From the NCBI RefSeq assembly GCF_037042905.1, contig NC_087252.1, positions 8,186,001 through 8,250,000 on the forward strand: a stretch of DNA of 64,000 nucleotides, read 5' to 3'. Under the pieces are notes generated by a model, which was not told the DNA's origin, ran no database searches, and worked only from the letters and a program-made list of their open reading frames with translations. The number at the start of each line of letters is the position of its first letter. The first letter of the stretch is position 1. Positions 11,651 to 25,500 of the stretch are shown one piece after another. The stretch is from Lytechinus pictus. Taxonomy: Eukaryota. A program made the position numbers and the translations under genes.

Positions 11651-14600
11651 CCCCCTTAAACAAACATCCATAATTTCCGAACCACTGGGATTTTTAACTA
11701 TATTTTTACGTGAGCGTGTTGGTAATTTTATAAGCTCCCCTCTTAGTGAATATTACGGACGTATTTTATGTCATGCTTCAGTGAGCACCACCAGAAGGCA
11801 AAATTGTCACTTTTTAAAAGTCACAAGCAAAATATCATGACTTTGATTCCAATTCATTGGAACGATTCCCACATTTTGCACCATGAAAAATAGTCAGGAC
11901 GCTTGTAAAAGGTACTTTCTAAAAGACGCTACAACTTTTTTGGCTAAATTCCACGGTTGAATAAACACAGTCGAAATTTGCTTTTATTGGAATTTTTACA
12001 CATTTCTATCGATAAAAATGATCGAATACCATGACAATTATTTTTGGGAAGAGTATATTCAACAATATTCATTATTTTACGGCTCAATGAAGACTCAATG
12101 AAAACAAAAATTCGATTTTTAGATATCATTGGCAAGTAATGTTTTAATTTGGTAACTGAAATTATCTTTTGGTGATGTTCATGACCAAGTTACATGTTTC
12201 AATGATTCAAAGGCGTTTAATTCAACATTCACGCTTGAATGAACACGTGGAATGTGATTAGCTCTTTTTAACGTTATTGGAAAAAATGCAATTGCTAATT
12301 ATGGATATCTGCCATAAACCTCCTTGCATAGTTAATTTGATTTTTTTAATGAAATTCCCGATGTTCAATGCTTCAGTGAGCAGACAATATTCGAAAATTA
12401 TGCAATTGAGATGAAAGTTCAAGGCCTTGGCCCCACTCCATGCCTTATCGAATGGTTATTCTGGCGTGCGCGCCTTTCTGATAGTGCAACTCTAATAAGC
12501 ATGTGAGAAGTTTCATGAGAAAACTATTGGCAGAAGTAACAAAAACCATCTATGAAACAAACCCTTAGTTAAATTTTGTTAAAATTTTGAATTCCTCTCT
12601 CATAGAAATTGTGTACACTATGGGTGCATATGTTTGCGAATAAGTAACCCCTCATTCAATGTGGTGAAACTTTTTTTCAAAGCTGTCTTGAGCAGTATCA
12701 TTTGGCAGTAATGTTTATCAACCTATGTGCAGACTTCATATGAAAAAAGTGAAATCAATTTATTTATCTATGGATGAGTGAGCACGCCTTAAAGGGGGAT
12801 AATTGATATTTTCACAGACTCATTTTGAGGGGTTATAAAGTGAATAATGGGGGCAAATTCGGTTTTAAATGTAACTTATTTGGTGTTGTTTTTATCACCC
12901 ATCATTTCTATCATCACACACTTTCCGATCTTTTTACACTTTCATGGTTGAGCGAGCACACTCTAAGACTTAGTAATTAATACTCTTTTACTGCATACGA
13001 CTGTATTCTTTTCCTTACAATTTCTCAGGATCGGTTGAATTTATAGACAAATCAGTGGTGGATCCAGTATTTGAAAGTGGGGAGGTGCCGAGAAATTGGG
13101 GGAGGGGAACTACTAAAATTTTCAAATTTTAACAAGTTTTAACAAGTTACATGGGATACTACCACAAACCCCTATGATGATGCGTCACAAAAAGAATGTG
13201 CTCATTAAACCATGAACATACGTTATCTTTAACACCATGAAATTCACCACAAAACAACCTTTGCCCAACTTTGTTATGTTTGTATTTACACAATCTGAAA
13301 AACGACTCTTGTGACCATAAAACAAATAGTCATTTTAATTCAATCTTTGATTACTAATGCATGACTCAACCGATCAATCTCATTTTCGCCCGGATTTGCT
13401 GAATGAGTGTAAAAACACCTACGAAATATTAAATTTCAAAATTATTCCTATCAAAAGTAACAGCCCTTTGATTTAGGGGGGAGGGGGACTTACTTTTTTG
13501 TTGTGTATATTTACGAAAGAGATATGTCTTAAGTGCTACTTTACTAGGTAGCATATTTCCTTAGTAACTGAGCTTTATTGGGCTTGAGGAACAGTTTTAC
13601 AAGCAAAATGTCACATAAACTTTTATCTAAAGCATATTTCTTTGTATCACAACAGTTTTGATCCATTTATTCATAGCAACAGTTTCTAAGGGACCTTTTT
13701 CGATAGCAACAATAGTTTATAATAGTTCAGATCATTATAATTTACTCAGAAGAGCTCAGAAATTAATTTTGGCCCATAGATTCCTTATGTGATGAATGTT
13801 TCCATAGGTATACCCAATGAGCACCAAGGCAAAGATTGCTCGGTAACATATTTCCTCAATTACAAACTCTTTTATAGGGTGTTTTAATGATTATAATTTT
13901 TTGTGACCCACCATATCTATAATATTTAAGCATCAATACATTAATCACAACAACCCAGGAACATGTATACCATGTTTACCCGCCCATGACAAGTACCAGG
14001 TGCTAAGTAGCATGTTTTCTGCAACCGATTGTTAAAGGCCGTATGGTAAGATTATCAAAGCATTTGAGAGGTACTCATACTAGTAGATGCTTAAAACGTA
14101 AAACATTGAAAACGTTGCACAAATTAAACTACCTCATGGTATGGTTTATATTTCCAAAAACGATGTTTATGGGGTCCATATCATTGGCATAACTATACTT
14201 GTTGCTTGTTAGAAAACTCACCTTAAAACCAATCTTTCTCCATTTGGAAACCATGATTATTAGGAATTAACCTAAACATAATTATGGAAAAGATCAATCA
14301 TTGATCAAATTACTTGGCGTCTTTGATAGTAAAGGGTTATTTTTTAATGTTTGTAATTACTATATAGTTATGCTTATCATTAAATGATGAAAGTCCTAAT
14401 GATTACTTATCTGAGCGATTGAGAATACAGGTAGAATTGATCGACACTTGTATCATCAAGAATCAAGTCTAGAAACTGTCGACATTTTGCAAATTTGTGG
14501 CTATCTATTTTCCAATGAGGCCCTATTAAACAATTTTAAAAACCTGTATACCTACAAATGCCCTTGGAAAGAATTCCACAAAATAAACATTGAACGAGTG

Positions 14601-14959
14601 GTCACTTTTGTAGAAGAACGGTTACAAGAGCTGACCAGGAGGTCATGGGTTCTTACAACCTATATCTGATCTCTGATCTTGGAGAGGTGAAAAAATGACC
14701 GCCAAGAAGTGATTCAGTCAACTAAGTTTAAAATCATTTAAAACACCAAAATATCGCCAGAATGTAATTTCCAAATGAGTGCCCGCATGGGTACCATGTT
14801 ATACCTTGCTAACAGTAGTCGGTCGCTTGAAAGGCCTTGGTTTAACCCCTCCCTTCCGTAGCCTGCAATGATAAAATTAGTTCTCCATGCTGTTCCCGGA
14901 CCTAATGCTACGTGCAGGAGTTGATTTTGACTTGTCATTTCCGTCTCCAGGTGTTTTGA

Positions 14960-15375
14960 CTATGATCAATCCTGCGCAGCTCCGGGATCTAGCGTGAAGT
15001 GAAAGATCTTTTATAGTTGATTTGGATCACTGAGTTCCGTTTCCATGCGTGTTGGCCTGGATCCTGCTGCTACATGATCTATGGTGTCTTCTACAGAAGT
15101 TAATTTGGACCTGTTAGTTCCGATTCCAAGTTTTTTTTTTTACCTGGATCAATCTTGCAGCTCTGGCATCTATCATGACGTGAAAGATTTTGCCAGAGTT
15201 GATTTAGACCGGTCAGTTCCATTTTTAGGCATGTTGGCCTGGATCCTGCAGCTATTATGATCAATGTATCACGACGAAATCCTGCAGAAGTTTAGTTGGA
15301 CCTGTCTGTTCTGTTTGACCTGGATCAATCCTGCATCTCCAGGATTTATCATCACGTCAAAGATCTCACAAGAGT
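14960..15375. repeat. Degenerate tandem repeat, ~180-bp period
   Basis: gatcaatc(c/t)tgc...gaaagat recurs near 14965, 15147 and 15323. Confidence 0.6.
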
Positions 15376-15891
15376 GACTTGAAACTTGAGCAATACACTT
15401 TCAGAGTTATGATGGTAATTCAACAAATACCCCCAACATGGTCAAAGTTCATTGACCGTAAATGACCATTGACCTTCGTCATATGACTTGAAACTCAGGC
15501 AGGGTGTTTAGTAATACTTGATTACCCTTATGGCCAAGTTCATGAACTAGGTCTGAACTGCGTCGATATACTTTTGAAGTTATGACGAAAAAAACCAAAC
15601 TTAACCTTAGGTTAAGTTTTTGATGTTGATTCCCCCAACACTGTCTAAGTTCATTGACCCTAAATGACCTTTGACCGTAGTCATGTGACCTGAAACTCAG
15701 ACGGGGTGTTAAGTAATACTGGATTAACTTTATGTCTAAGTTTCATTAACTAGGTTTGTATACATTCTAAGTTATGCTCAAGTTGTTTCAAAAACTTAAC
15801 CTTGCCGGTTAAGATTTGATGTTGACGCCGCCGCCGTCGTCGGAAAAGCGGCGCCTACAGTCTCATTCTGCCATGCAGGTGAGGCAAAAAA
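15375..15891 (-). mobile_element. HINE/DINE-1-like element, truncated copy
   Basis: Reverse complement of the 5' part of the complete copy at 29778-30767 (ATGCAGGTGAGGCAAAAA end, GCC tract, TGACCTTTGACC core repeats). Confidence 0.8.
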
Positions 15892-15900
15892 CATTAGAAT

Positions 15901-16104
15901 GACTTTTTGCACTAGTATTCAACCTAATGACGCTTTTTCATAATCGGCTCCTGCCCCATCCATGTACTTGACTACCATTGGGAATGAGACCAAACAGGGA
16001 ATTAGTCAAACTCAGCGTGGACTGATATACATGGAGTTGAGCAATCTACACAATGTAAGACACAACATCTATTATGACTAGGTTGAATACTAGTGCAAAA
16101 AGCC
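15901..16104. mobile_element. Short MITE (~200 bp), superfamily unresolved
   Basis: 24-bp perfect inverted repeat CTTTTTGCACTAGTATTCAACCTA at 15903-15926 and 16079-16102. Confidence 0.8.
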
Positions 16105-16479
16105 TATCACCGCATAATTCGATCGTCCGCGCAGTCAGGTGACATATTGATATAGAAAATACTGACTAACCTGAATTTCCTATTGAAAGTGGAATAGAAA
16201 GTGGGCAATTTGTGTTTAATATTATTAGCAAAGAGCAGCATTATAAGCTTAATGTAATTATAACATATTAAATACCGATTTTCTCTCTCTTGGATTAGCT
16301 TCCTTGAAAACGGATGTAAACCTCTCAAAAAAAACAAGCCCCTGTTTCTGTAGTGATGGTTCTGTGAGATGGTTTGTGTCGTTGTTTGAAATACCCATGC
16401 ATGTTTTTTTTTTTTGCTTGTGCAGAGGTGTGTTTGATTCCATGTTAATGTTGATGTTAAGGTGCATGAAAACAAAAGA

Positions 16480-16945
16480 AATTACAGAAAAACTCACTCA
16501 TCACTACGGAAAAAAGAACAGTGACTTCCAATATTGCGTCATTTTGCAATTGCCCCACATTTCAAGGCACTGCACATCCATGTCAATGATAATCATATCA
16601 TATAAGGTATCATTTTAAAGAAAATTACATGATCTATTCATTGATATTAATTACACATTGATATTTACTAAACCCGATGAGGAATTATCGGTCAAAGTAA
16701 AAACAAATCCGCTGATAAACTCGCTCATCACCACGGAAAAAAGAACAGTGACTTTCAATATTGTGCCATTTTGCAGCTTTTGAATTTTGACCTTGCCCCA
16801 CATTTCAAGGCACTGCACCTCCATGTGAACCATAATCATGTCATGTAGAGTATCATCTTAAGGATAATTAAATGCTCTTTTGATTGATATTAATTTCACA
16901 TTGATATTTACTAAAACCGAAGAGGGATTATCGATCAAAGTCAGA
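16480..16945. repeat. Two diverged tandem copies of a ~235-bp unit
   Basis: catcac(t/c)acggaaaaaagaacagtgactt...tgccccacatttcaaggcactgcac...cacattgatatttactaaa occurs twice. Confidence 0.8.
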
Positions 16946-17137
16946 TTTCCAAACTTTTTTGAGGAGTTTATAATAATAAGTGCGATGCCACTGACCCTTG
17001 ATTGCAATTAATGCCGTAAAAGTTTTATGGATATAACTAGGCATATCAATTCCATCTAGCATGACCTATAGGCATTTTGTTCCCAGTGTTGGTCTTGAAA
17101 AAAATACGAGAGATTTTTTCGTTCATAATAAATGCCA

Positions 17138-17185
<48 letters not shown>

Positions 17186-17525
17186 TAGAATGAGATTTGC
17201 TTCATAGCGTGTGTGTTTTGATTTTTTTTTACATTTGTGTTTAGAAAATTGAGAATAATGCAATGTGTATTGATTCCAATTATATATTAATCTCTAAATT
17301 TGAAACACAATGTAACACAATTGTAAGGTGTGATAACAGATGCCACTGTCACAATGACCAGACAATATAGCGAGGTGTCCAAATTTTTTACCGAAGAATT
17401 ATTGATTACAATGATACCGGTAGTATATGGTCCCATCTTGATAAAGAATGGGCAGTTTCGCAATCGCGACGGGAACAAATTCTTTAACATAGAATATATA
17501 TTGTCAAAAGCCATTCACGACTGGT

Positions 17526-18055
17526 CCCGGGGGGAGGGGGGCACTTACATTGACGAGTGGATACCATGCGCGACCAAAAAAAAGACACGTAAAAGGGAAG
17601 TCTTTTTCAAGATAGGGCACGTTACGTACGTAACGTAATAATGGTGTCAAAAAACACTTAGAAAATTAAAAAGTACGTGTTTAGGGTCAAATTTGCGAGG
17701 GTGTAAAAAATTAAGACTAAATTGTTTTACAAAGGATGTACTTTTTTGCCCCAAGAGTCAAAACTACGTGTTTAGGGTACGATTTTGCGTGAGATGTTGG
17801 AGGTGGGGCTGTACTAACCCAATCAGGTATAGGTAAAACCGACGACAATATCATTGTACTTGTTTAGGGGGTCAATTCAGGAGATATTTGCCATGAGTAT
17901 CGTTTGTTTCCAATACTTGTTAAGGGTAGGGTTTCACACGACAATACTTGTTAAGGGGTGCATTTTCAGAATATGGAAAAAAACGTGTTTAGGGTGCTTT
18001 TCGAGACCACATGGTCGCGCATGGTATCCACTCGCCGTTGAAATCCCCCCCCGGG
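17526..18055. mobile_element. MITE with CCCGGGGG termini and 8-bp TSD (unclassified)
   Basis: TSD CGACTGGT at 17518-17525 and 18056-18063; inner inverted repeat CGAGTGGATACCATGCGCGACC. Confidence 0.9.
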
Positions 18056-19086
18056 CGACTGGTTCATAAGAAAGCAATCTCTGTCGAAAATCGGTGAATA
18101 AAAACAGCACTTTCGTCCAGGACTCTCAGTGTACAAACGACATATTTGAAATTTCTCGTCAGCTCAGAATCCTACGACAATCAGCTGTACCGGTTCACCA
18201 ATGCTCGACAAAGACCTCTCAGCTGTTCATTTAATGTGGTCTGACGGGCATTTTCGATCGATTTTCTGTGCAGGATAGAATCTGCCCCAGTCGCGATTGC
18301 GAATACGGAGGCAAAACATGCATCGTGCGAAAGAGAGGAACCGTTGCAGTGCATGTTCATTGCAGTTCGAAAGAGATTGATGGCAGAGACTGAATGTCAA
18401 AAAATAAAAACATCTAGAATTTCAAAAATTACTTATCCCCCTTTTTTGCATGAGTGTGTTATTTATAGATGAGAGTATTTTTTTAAATAGACAGTTATGT
18501 TTGTATATTTGATAATTTTTGATATGTTTGTTACCTGGTGACCGCTTTTTATAAGCCATGCTTCTCCGGGGTCACCTTACCATCATTGTATATTGTATTT
18601 TCCCTTAATTTTGTTGTCGACATGTTTGCATTGCTTTTGCATTTGATGATTAAACAATACAATTGAATTGAGTTGATAACGTTTTTGTCTGTCGATTTTT
18701 TTCCTACCAGCTTTCCTTCCCGACGTCAAAATATGGTTTATTTCGTCAAAGGCTACACATCATGAATATCCATCAATATGAAGCGAAAATTTTCAAGTTA
18801 GTTTTAGTGTTTTGTTAAATGATGATTCTTATTTTTATTTATTCTTTGGTACTTGCCGCATCCATCCATACGGTGAATCTTGGGTATGTGCGTTTAAAAA
18901 GTTTTTTTACTTCTTTTTAGTGCATGATCCATTTCCATTTATTATTTTATTCATACATAATTTTGTAGTTATGTGCCAACCATTATTTTACTATGACCAC
19001 TGTTTGTTCCGGTTATGTTCTCTTAATACCTTTGTTTTTGTTGGTATTTACATTTTCTTTGTGTATAGTATAATTTTGTTCTCATT

Positions 19087-19382
19087 GGTCCTTATTCTGA
19101 AATCGGGGTTGCGTTAAACCCTGGTTTTATTATGGAGAGCAAATTGGGGCACAAATCTTTATTAGTACGAGTTCAATTTATTAACTCTTATGACACTCGA
19201 ATCGTTCGTAACTGTCTCAGAATGATAACTGAAATATTTTCTTCATTATGAAAGCTGTGGGAAACAAAATAGCAAATAGAATAAATATACAATATAAGAA
19301 GAAATTTTGCGATTTTGGCTCCCCATAATTTTAGCACGGAGTTAGACCATGGTCTAAGTTAACCTGAGTTTAGAATACGACC
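19087..19382. mobile_element. Harbinger-group-like MITE, decayed
   Basis: Imperfect TIR GGTCCTTATTCTGAAATCGGGGTT versus AACCTGAGTTTAGAATACGACC. Confidence 0.55.
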
Positions 19383-19813
19383 GTTGTGTTCTTTTTGATG
19401 AATTTGGAAATGAATACTTGAATTGAATTGGAAAGCTATAACATAACTGACAATAGCCCGAGCAACAAAGGTAACTGAGATAAACCCTTTGGGATAGGCC
19501 TACAATGGCAAGGTTGTGGGTTCGAATCCCAATTTAGGCAAGAACTTAATATGAAAAAAAATCATATTTTGATAAAAATTGAGGTGAGACCGAGAACAAA
19601 ATACAGGTAGCATTGGTCACAATCGTGATGACAAAAAAAAATGAATAGAATATCCCATATTTAGGTGAAAATGTCAAAAAGTGAAATCGGACGGCCTAGC
19701 CCGGCATTTTATGTAAATACTCGGGCCGGGGATGTGGAATAGCCTCACGATTTGCCAAATGTTTTGCAAAATCTATCCTTCTTCCATTCCCATTCCCTTT
19801 ACTTTTATGTTTT

Positions 19814-19964
19814 CATCATTATCATCACCATCATCATCACCACCACCACCATCTTCATCATCACTATCATCATCATCATCATCATCATCACCACCACCAC
19901 CATCATCACCATCACCATCACCACCACCTCCACCACCATCATCATCATCATCATCACCACCACC

Positions 19965-19998
<34 letters not shown>

Positions 19999-20303
19999 TC
20001 ATCACCACCACCACCACCATCATCATCACCACCACCACCACCATTATCATCACCGCCACCACCATCATTATTATCACCGCCATCATTGGATTATCATTAT
20101 TATTACCATCCTCCTCCTCATCTTTTGCATCATCATTACAGGATTATCATCATAATCATCACCAACATCATCATCATCATCATCATCATCACAACCACCA
20201 CCACCGCCACCACCACCATCATGATCATTATCATTATCATTATTGGATCAGCATCATCATCATCATCATCATCATCATCACCATCATCATTATCATCATC
20301 ATC
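19814..20303. repeat. Compound (CAT)n/(CAC)n microsatellite, ~490 bp
   Basis: Directly visible trinucleotide tract. Confidence 0.98.
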
Positions 20304-21238
20304 GTTTAGTCATATCATTTAGATTATCTTATCACGTTGACCATTATTGTCATGATCAAATTTTGTTCTCCAGATTACTATGATGACCAATAGTTTATTA
20401 TCAATAAGTAATTTCGCTCAAAAAAATGATATGACAGACCATTTAATTCGTCATCATGACGAATTAAAATCACAGTTTTTATATTGTAGCTGCGGTTCAC
20501 ATTATATACTTTGGGCTAAGTCTGTTTCATGTGGCACGGACCGACCTTCAAAATGTCTTTAGGTCCATTGTTGATCCCACCACGTTCTGCTGTTATTAAT
20601 ATTCTATTAATTGTAATATATTTTGAATTCATCTTCAATGTTTTTTTAGATACTTTATTGTTTTTTATTCAAATACATGTGCCATCTATTATTATTATCA
20701 TTATATTTTTATTTGTTAACATTTGGACTCCTGCCATTTACAATTTTTTTTTTCAATAAAAAAAGCTTTCTACAGTTTTTTTTCCTTTATTTTTCTTACT
20801 TTTATTTGCTATGCTTATGTATGATCTATTTTTTGTATATACATGTATATTTCATCTGTACTTATTTTGATGTTTTTAATTGAAAAGAACAAATGAATTG
20901 AATTGTTTTTATCAGATTATGGAAATTAATAAACTTGAAACTTGAACTACGTTACGAACGATTTTACCATAACAATAATCTTGAGTATAGAGAAGTATAG
21001 AACTTACCTTCTTGCAAAAAAAGAAGAAAGAAATCACAATCACTCCACTCTATTCATCTTTTTTAAAACGCAGATTAACGCAAAGTGTAATTCATTCAGA
21101 TGGAATCAGTTTCCTGCTGTACAGCAGAATGGCTAAAAAGACAAGTTCAATGTTTTCATCTGCAGCTGTTTGCAGCTGCATTTAGTATCTCCTATTTGCA
21201 CATGCGCTAGAGAAGAGTCCCAAAAAGTGGGGAGGGGC

Positions 21239-22132
21239 TAGCCTCTTGTCGAGGCCCTGTCGGCTGCTTTCCAAGCGAACATCGCGAAGCAGAGCGCCGC
21301 GAGACAGGGCCTCTTGACATCTGAGCCGAATTTCACCGACTTTCTTTTGTTTTTTTTATTGTTTTTACCAATATTCCGACCAAAAACTGGTCGGTGAAAA
21401 TCATGCAATGAGAGCGCGGGCTGCTTTGACTTCACATTGACTAATTATATTCATGAGCTCATCTTGAATGGCGACCCGTGGATTCTTGGCAAAGAGTGAC
21501 GACGAAATATCAAAGAGCATTGAATATGCCTCTAAAATGCTGAATATTGACCAATTTAAGGATTTGCATGTCGATGAAATTAAATCTGCACTGAAAGGAC
21601 GAGATGTTTTTGTAAATCTTCCCACAGGATATTGAAAAAATGTAATATTTCATGCGATTCCACTATGAGTCGACTATCGATCTCCGCTGTGCAGTGAGGG
21701 AATGCTGGAGTGGAGTTGCTTCCACTTGACTCGAGTCTGACCAGCGGCTGACCAGTATATCCCGGGAAGTTTCGGGGCGGTAATGGGTCTGTTACGGCCA
21801 GTACTACTAGTAGTAGTAGTACCACTACTTCAACTTGTAGCATTTTGCTGGTTATATTCCCTTTAGTGTCCCGCAATTAAATGAATCCCCTGCAGAATAG
21901 TGGACTACTATAGTATTCCGAAACCCAGACGAAACAGCTTTGACATTTCATTGGTTTACTAGGTGACCGGTAATATCATGTCTCATGTATATTCATTAGG
22001 AAGACGTTTCTCATGAATATATAATTCAGCTCAGATGTCAAGAGGCCCTGGCTCGCGCAAGGCTCGCTTCGCGAATTAGAAAATCCCTCGCTTCGCTCGG
22101 GAAGCAGCCGCCAGGGCCTCGACAAGAGGCTA
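21239..22132. mobile_element. Non-autonomous AcademH-type DNA transposon
   Basis: TAG...CTA termini; TIR TAGCCTCTTGTCGAGGCCCTG (21 bp perfect, extending imperfectly beyond 30 bp); 9-bp TSD GGGAGGGGC (21230-21238, 22133-22141); internal RecQ-like helicase fragment. Confidence 0.88.
21468..21668 (+). pseudogene. N-terminal fragment of a RecQ-like SF2 helicase, with a stop codon in Walker A
   Basis: Hand translation MATRGFLAKSDDEISKSIEYASKMLNIDQFKDLHVDEIKSALKGRDVFVNLPTGY*KNVRFHAIPL. GRDVFVNLPTGYGKS is RecQ-type motif I; the TGA at 21633-21635 replaces the Gly. Confidence 0.85.
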
Positions 22133-22391
22133 GGGAGGGGCGGAACCGAGGAGGGAGCGGGGGAATTGCCCTCCAAAAATCGCCGACAGGAAAAAAGAAA
22201 GATTTTTTTTTCAAAATGAAATGTGCCCTTTGCGAAGCAGCACTTTTTTATTTACAGCTTTATTGATTCTCCAATTTTTTTTTAAATGAATTTCATGTTA
22301 TACAATTGTTCATTTTTCATTAGTTTTCTATTTCTCGCCCCTAAAAGGGCAGACAGAGAAGACATACCATGGTGAATTATTGTATGGTTTT

Positions 22392-22525
22392 GCCGGGCAT
22401 GGTGGCTCAATTGAAGAGCGTCCACCTCATGTACGGGAGGTCGTGGGTTCGATCCTCTGCCGAGTCATACCAAAGACTTAAAAAATTGGACTTTTTGCCT
22501 TCTTGCTAGGCGCTCAGCATTTAGA
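22392..22525 (+). mobile_element. tRNA-derived SINE (Meta-core-like body)
   Basis: A box TGGCTCAATTG and B box GGTTCGATCC, followed by GAGTCATACCAAAGACT...GCTAGGCGCTCAGCATT. Confidence 0.75.
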
Positions 22526-25500
22526 TTGGATATGTTTGTCATCATCACATTCACTGTATAAAGTCTGTAAGGAAAATACATTCTTTTTAAAGATATAAAA
22601 TGCAGAATCCATCAAAACAACAAAATCTATAAACTAAAGAAGAGGAAGGAGAGATAAACAATCAGGAATAATCATGGAAATAGCTCCATTATTTGATATT
22701 GATGATATAAATCGAAGGTACAAGTCCACTACATCCTCCATACAAAGTTTCCCAATATACTAGTCCGGGAGCAAGGACCTGTGAAAAATGAGTTCATGCA
22801 ATCCACACCACTGAAAAGGTTTGATACCATAGGTAGTATGGACCCTCTAGATCACTGCTAGGTAGGTAGTAGTCTCAAATTGTGGTACCGTTGAATTTAA
22901 AGCGCAATGTAACATAGCAAAAAATGAAGAAAAAAAAATCAGTAACTTTTGAGGGGAAGGTGAAATGTAATTTGCCATATCTCCGCTTGTATATGTTATA
23001 AATACGTCATTCATGTATCACAATGTTGCTGGGTGACAGCTCTAACTTGTTACAGTAACATTTAAAAGTGAAATTAAGATATCAAACCTTCAAAATAGGA
23101 ATACACCCATGGCCAATATCCACTTCCATCTCAAATAGATATGAAAAAAATTAATACGATAAAGTGATTTTGTGTTGTTTAACATGAGGCGCTCAATATA
23201 ACTACAGTGGGACTAAATATGCGTTATTCATAACAAAATGAAGATTTTGGCAATATTTTTAGACATTTCAGATATATTCTAACTACCATACATGGGCTAC
23301 TTTTCACAATCTTGCAGTGCCGTTAGTTTGAGCTCCAACGCTGAATGAATCAATTAGCATTTCTTGTTCATTGGGGATATAATTTGATCCCTACCATATT
23401 CCATTTTCTTTCTTCAAACTCTTTTTTTTTTCTGATTTCAAATCGTAAATTCTTTTATAGGATTCATTGCTGCCCTCTACGTTCGTTGGCCACAGCCATG
23501 GTATGCGCATTTATTGAGTTTGGGAGCTATTGAATGGATGTCATGATTTTGCGTGCTATAGCTGATTTATCATGTGACGTGCATTCATCCAATCAGCTGT
23601 CATGGATCTATGTGTTGTATAATAATTCACATGTTTGTTCCCCGTTCCGAAGACTATCAAATTTGTGTTTTCTCGTTCCAGTGCACGTCCATCACATGTA
23701 CTCACTCAGCCGGTCGGAGCGGCGAGCTCGATTGGCGCATAGGCATAGCGCCGGCCCGCCTAAGCCCCCGCGCCCGTAGCTAGCTTGCGCTAGCCCGATA
23801 TGCATCTAGCAAGACGCGTGCACGTTTTTTTTTTTTTACATAGCCGCTACCAATTACGCCTACGATCTATGAGTTCCAGAGACCCCCGTTTTTTATGTAG
23901 CCAGTTCCGGAGCATTGCACTTTTAGCAATCTTAGATCCAAGAGCCGTTCCTGAAACCCCCGTATTAAGACCAATATTTAGTTCCGCAGCCCCCATCTTA
24001 GACTTTGGCGCGGCACATAGGTATCATGTTACAATTCAAGTACCCCTTTCACCTCCGGAGAATGGCTATAGACCATTAATATTAAAATATTAGGATGCAT
24101 TTTAGCATTTAAATATTATTTTCTTCAAATAATATTTTGGAACTGCGTTGTCATGGTAACGGCGTATAATACCGATGTATGTGTAAGCATCAAGCTGATT
24201 CAACTACTTCTTCATTTTATGACCTGTGCTCACGTAATTGGGAACACACAAACAGGTCTTCAGCTAAAGATGTGCCTGATGATTTTTTTTCGCATACGTA
24301 TGTCATAAATTGTGAGGCATGAATAGTTTTCCTGGACTTTTGGTCTTAATATGCGGTAATCGTGGCCCATGATTATTATGGTCAAACGTCCATTAAAATT
24401 ATTGCAGATTAAACCACTTACCCAGTTTTTAGCCAGTGCTCATGAAACTTTGCCACAAATATTCATCTTGGGGGTAAAGACGTGCATGATGCATTTTGTA
24501 TATGTGTTGGAAATTTGATTACCATCGTAGCGGCATTTAGGGCGGTGGTATTATTTCGGTGATATTCCAAGTTTCCTTCGCAACCGGTACAAAATTGCCT
24601 TTCGAGCATATTTTTTATGAGCAACATTACACGTTGTTCTCCATAACCTTGTCGGATATCAACCTGACTATGAAAAATAATCAATTGAACAATGTTTCTG
24701 TCATCATTCATTTTTTAAGATAAAAAGTGAGTCGAGACTCTGAATGAAATACAAGCCAAAGTCTCGTAGAGCTATTTAAAGATTTATTCGTCTCTCTTGC
24801 TCTACAAACAAGCCTTTTACAAAGGTGCTTTTTGTGAATTCAGCCGATTTTCAGCGTTATCATACATCATCATGACTGTTAAAAACAACACAGCAAATGA
24901 TTAAAGTATTGAAAGAAAAGACAATGAGAAACCCTGAAGAGCAGGGATTGTAAGGAAAGGGTCCCATTTAAGTCATGAAAATGATTGTTGCCTCTATATT
25001 AAAAAAAGAAAAGAAAAAAAAATCGATTGCAAAATATAATACATTTCTTTATTAAAACTACATGTTTAGTGTAAGATGAAATAATAACAATGAAATGATA
25101 ATATTAAATCATAATAATAACATTGAATAATTTAAAAGTGATCTTGCAAGTGAAAACCGGTTGGATGTTTTTCATGAGTGTCATTCAAATACAGCATGCA
25201 TAAATTTTAACCAAAAAATACAGAAATATTATGATTTTTTTCCCTCTGGTATCACCATGGTAAAGGGAGGGGGGGGGGGGGGCTGAAGAGCTCCGATATT
25301 TCCTTGGGGATGCTGAGTGTATTGTTTTCCAAAGGTAGCACCCCTGGTATTCTCAAAGATGTGTAAAAATGACCTCCATTTTGGAGTGTAACCTTTTTTT
25401 ATTTATTAATTTTTCTTTTCAAATCCACCTCAGCTCCGAGTAAAAAAATCACAGGGCCCTGGGTATCACCTGTTAAAAAAACCCCTCAAATGTCATGGAA

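Noticed and set aside
11700..12792. Possible further TTAA-targeting element ending GAGTGAGCACGCCTTAA
   Set aside because: No matching left end could be found, so boundaries are unsupported.
19732..20322. Ser/Pro-, Ile/Thr/His- and Met/Val-rich ORFs
   Set aside because: They are artefacts of the (CAT/CAC)n microsatellite.
22700..23800. Possible host exon(s)
   Set aside because: No recognisable protein motif in the frames examined and no convincing splice pair; left unannotated.
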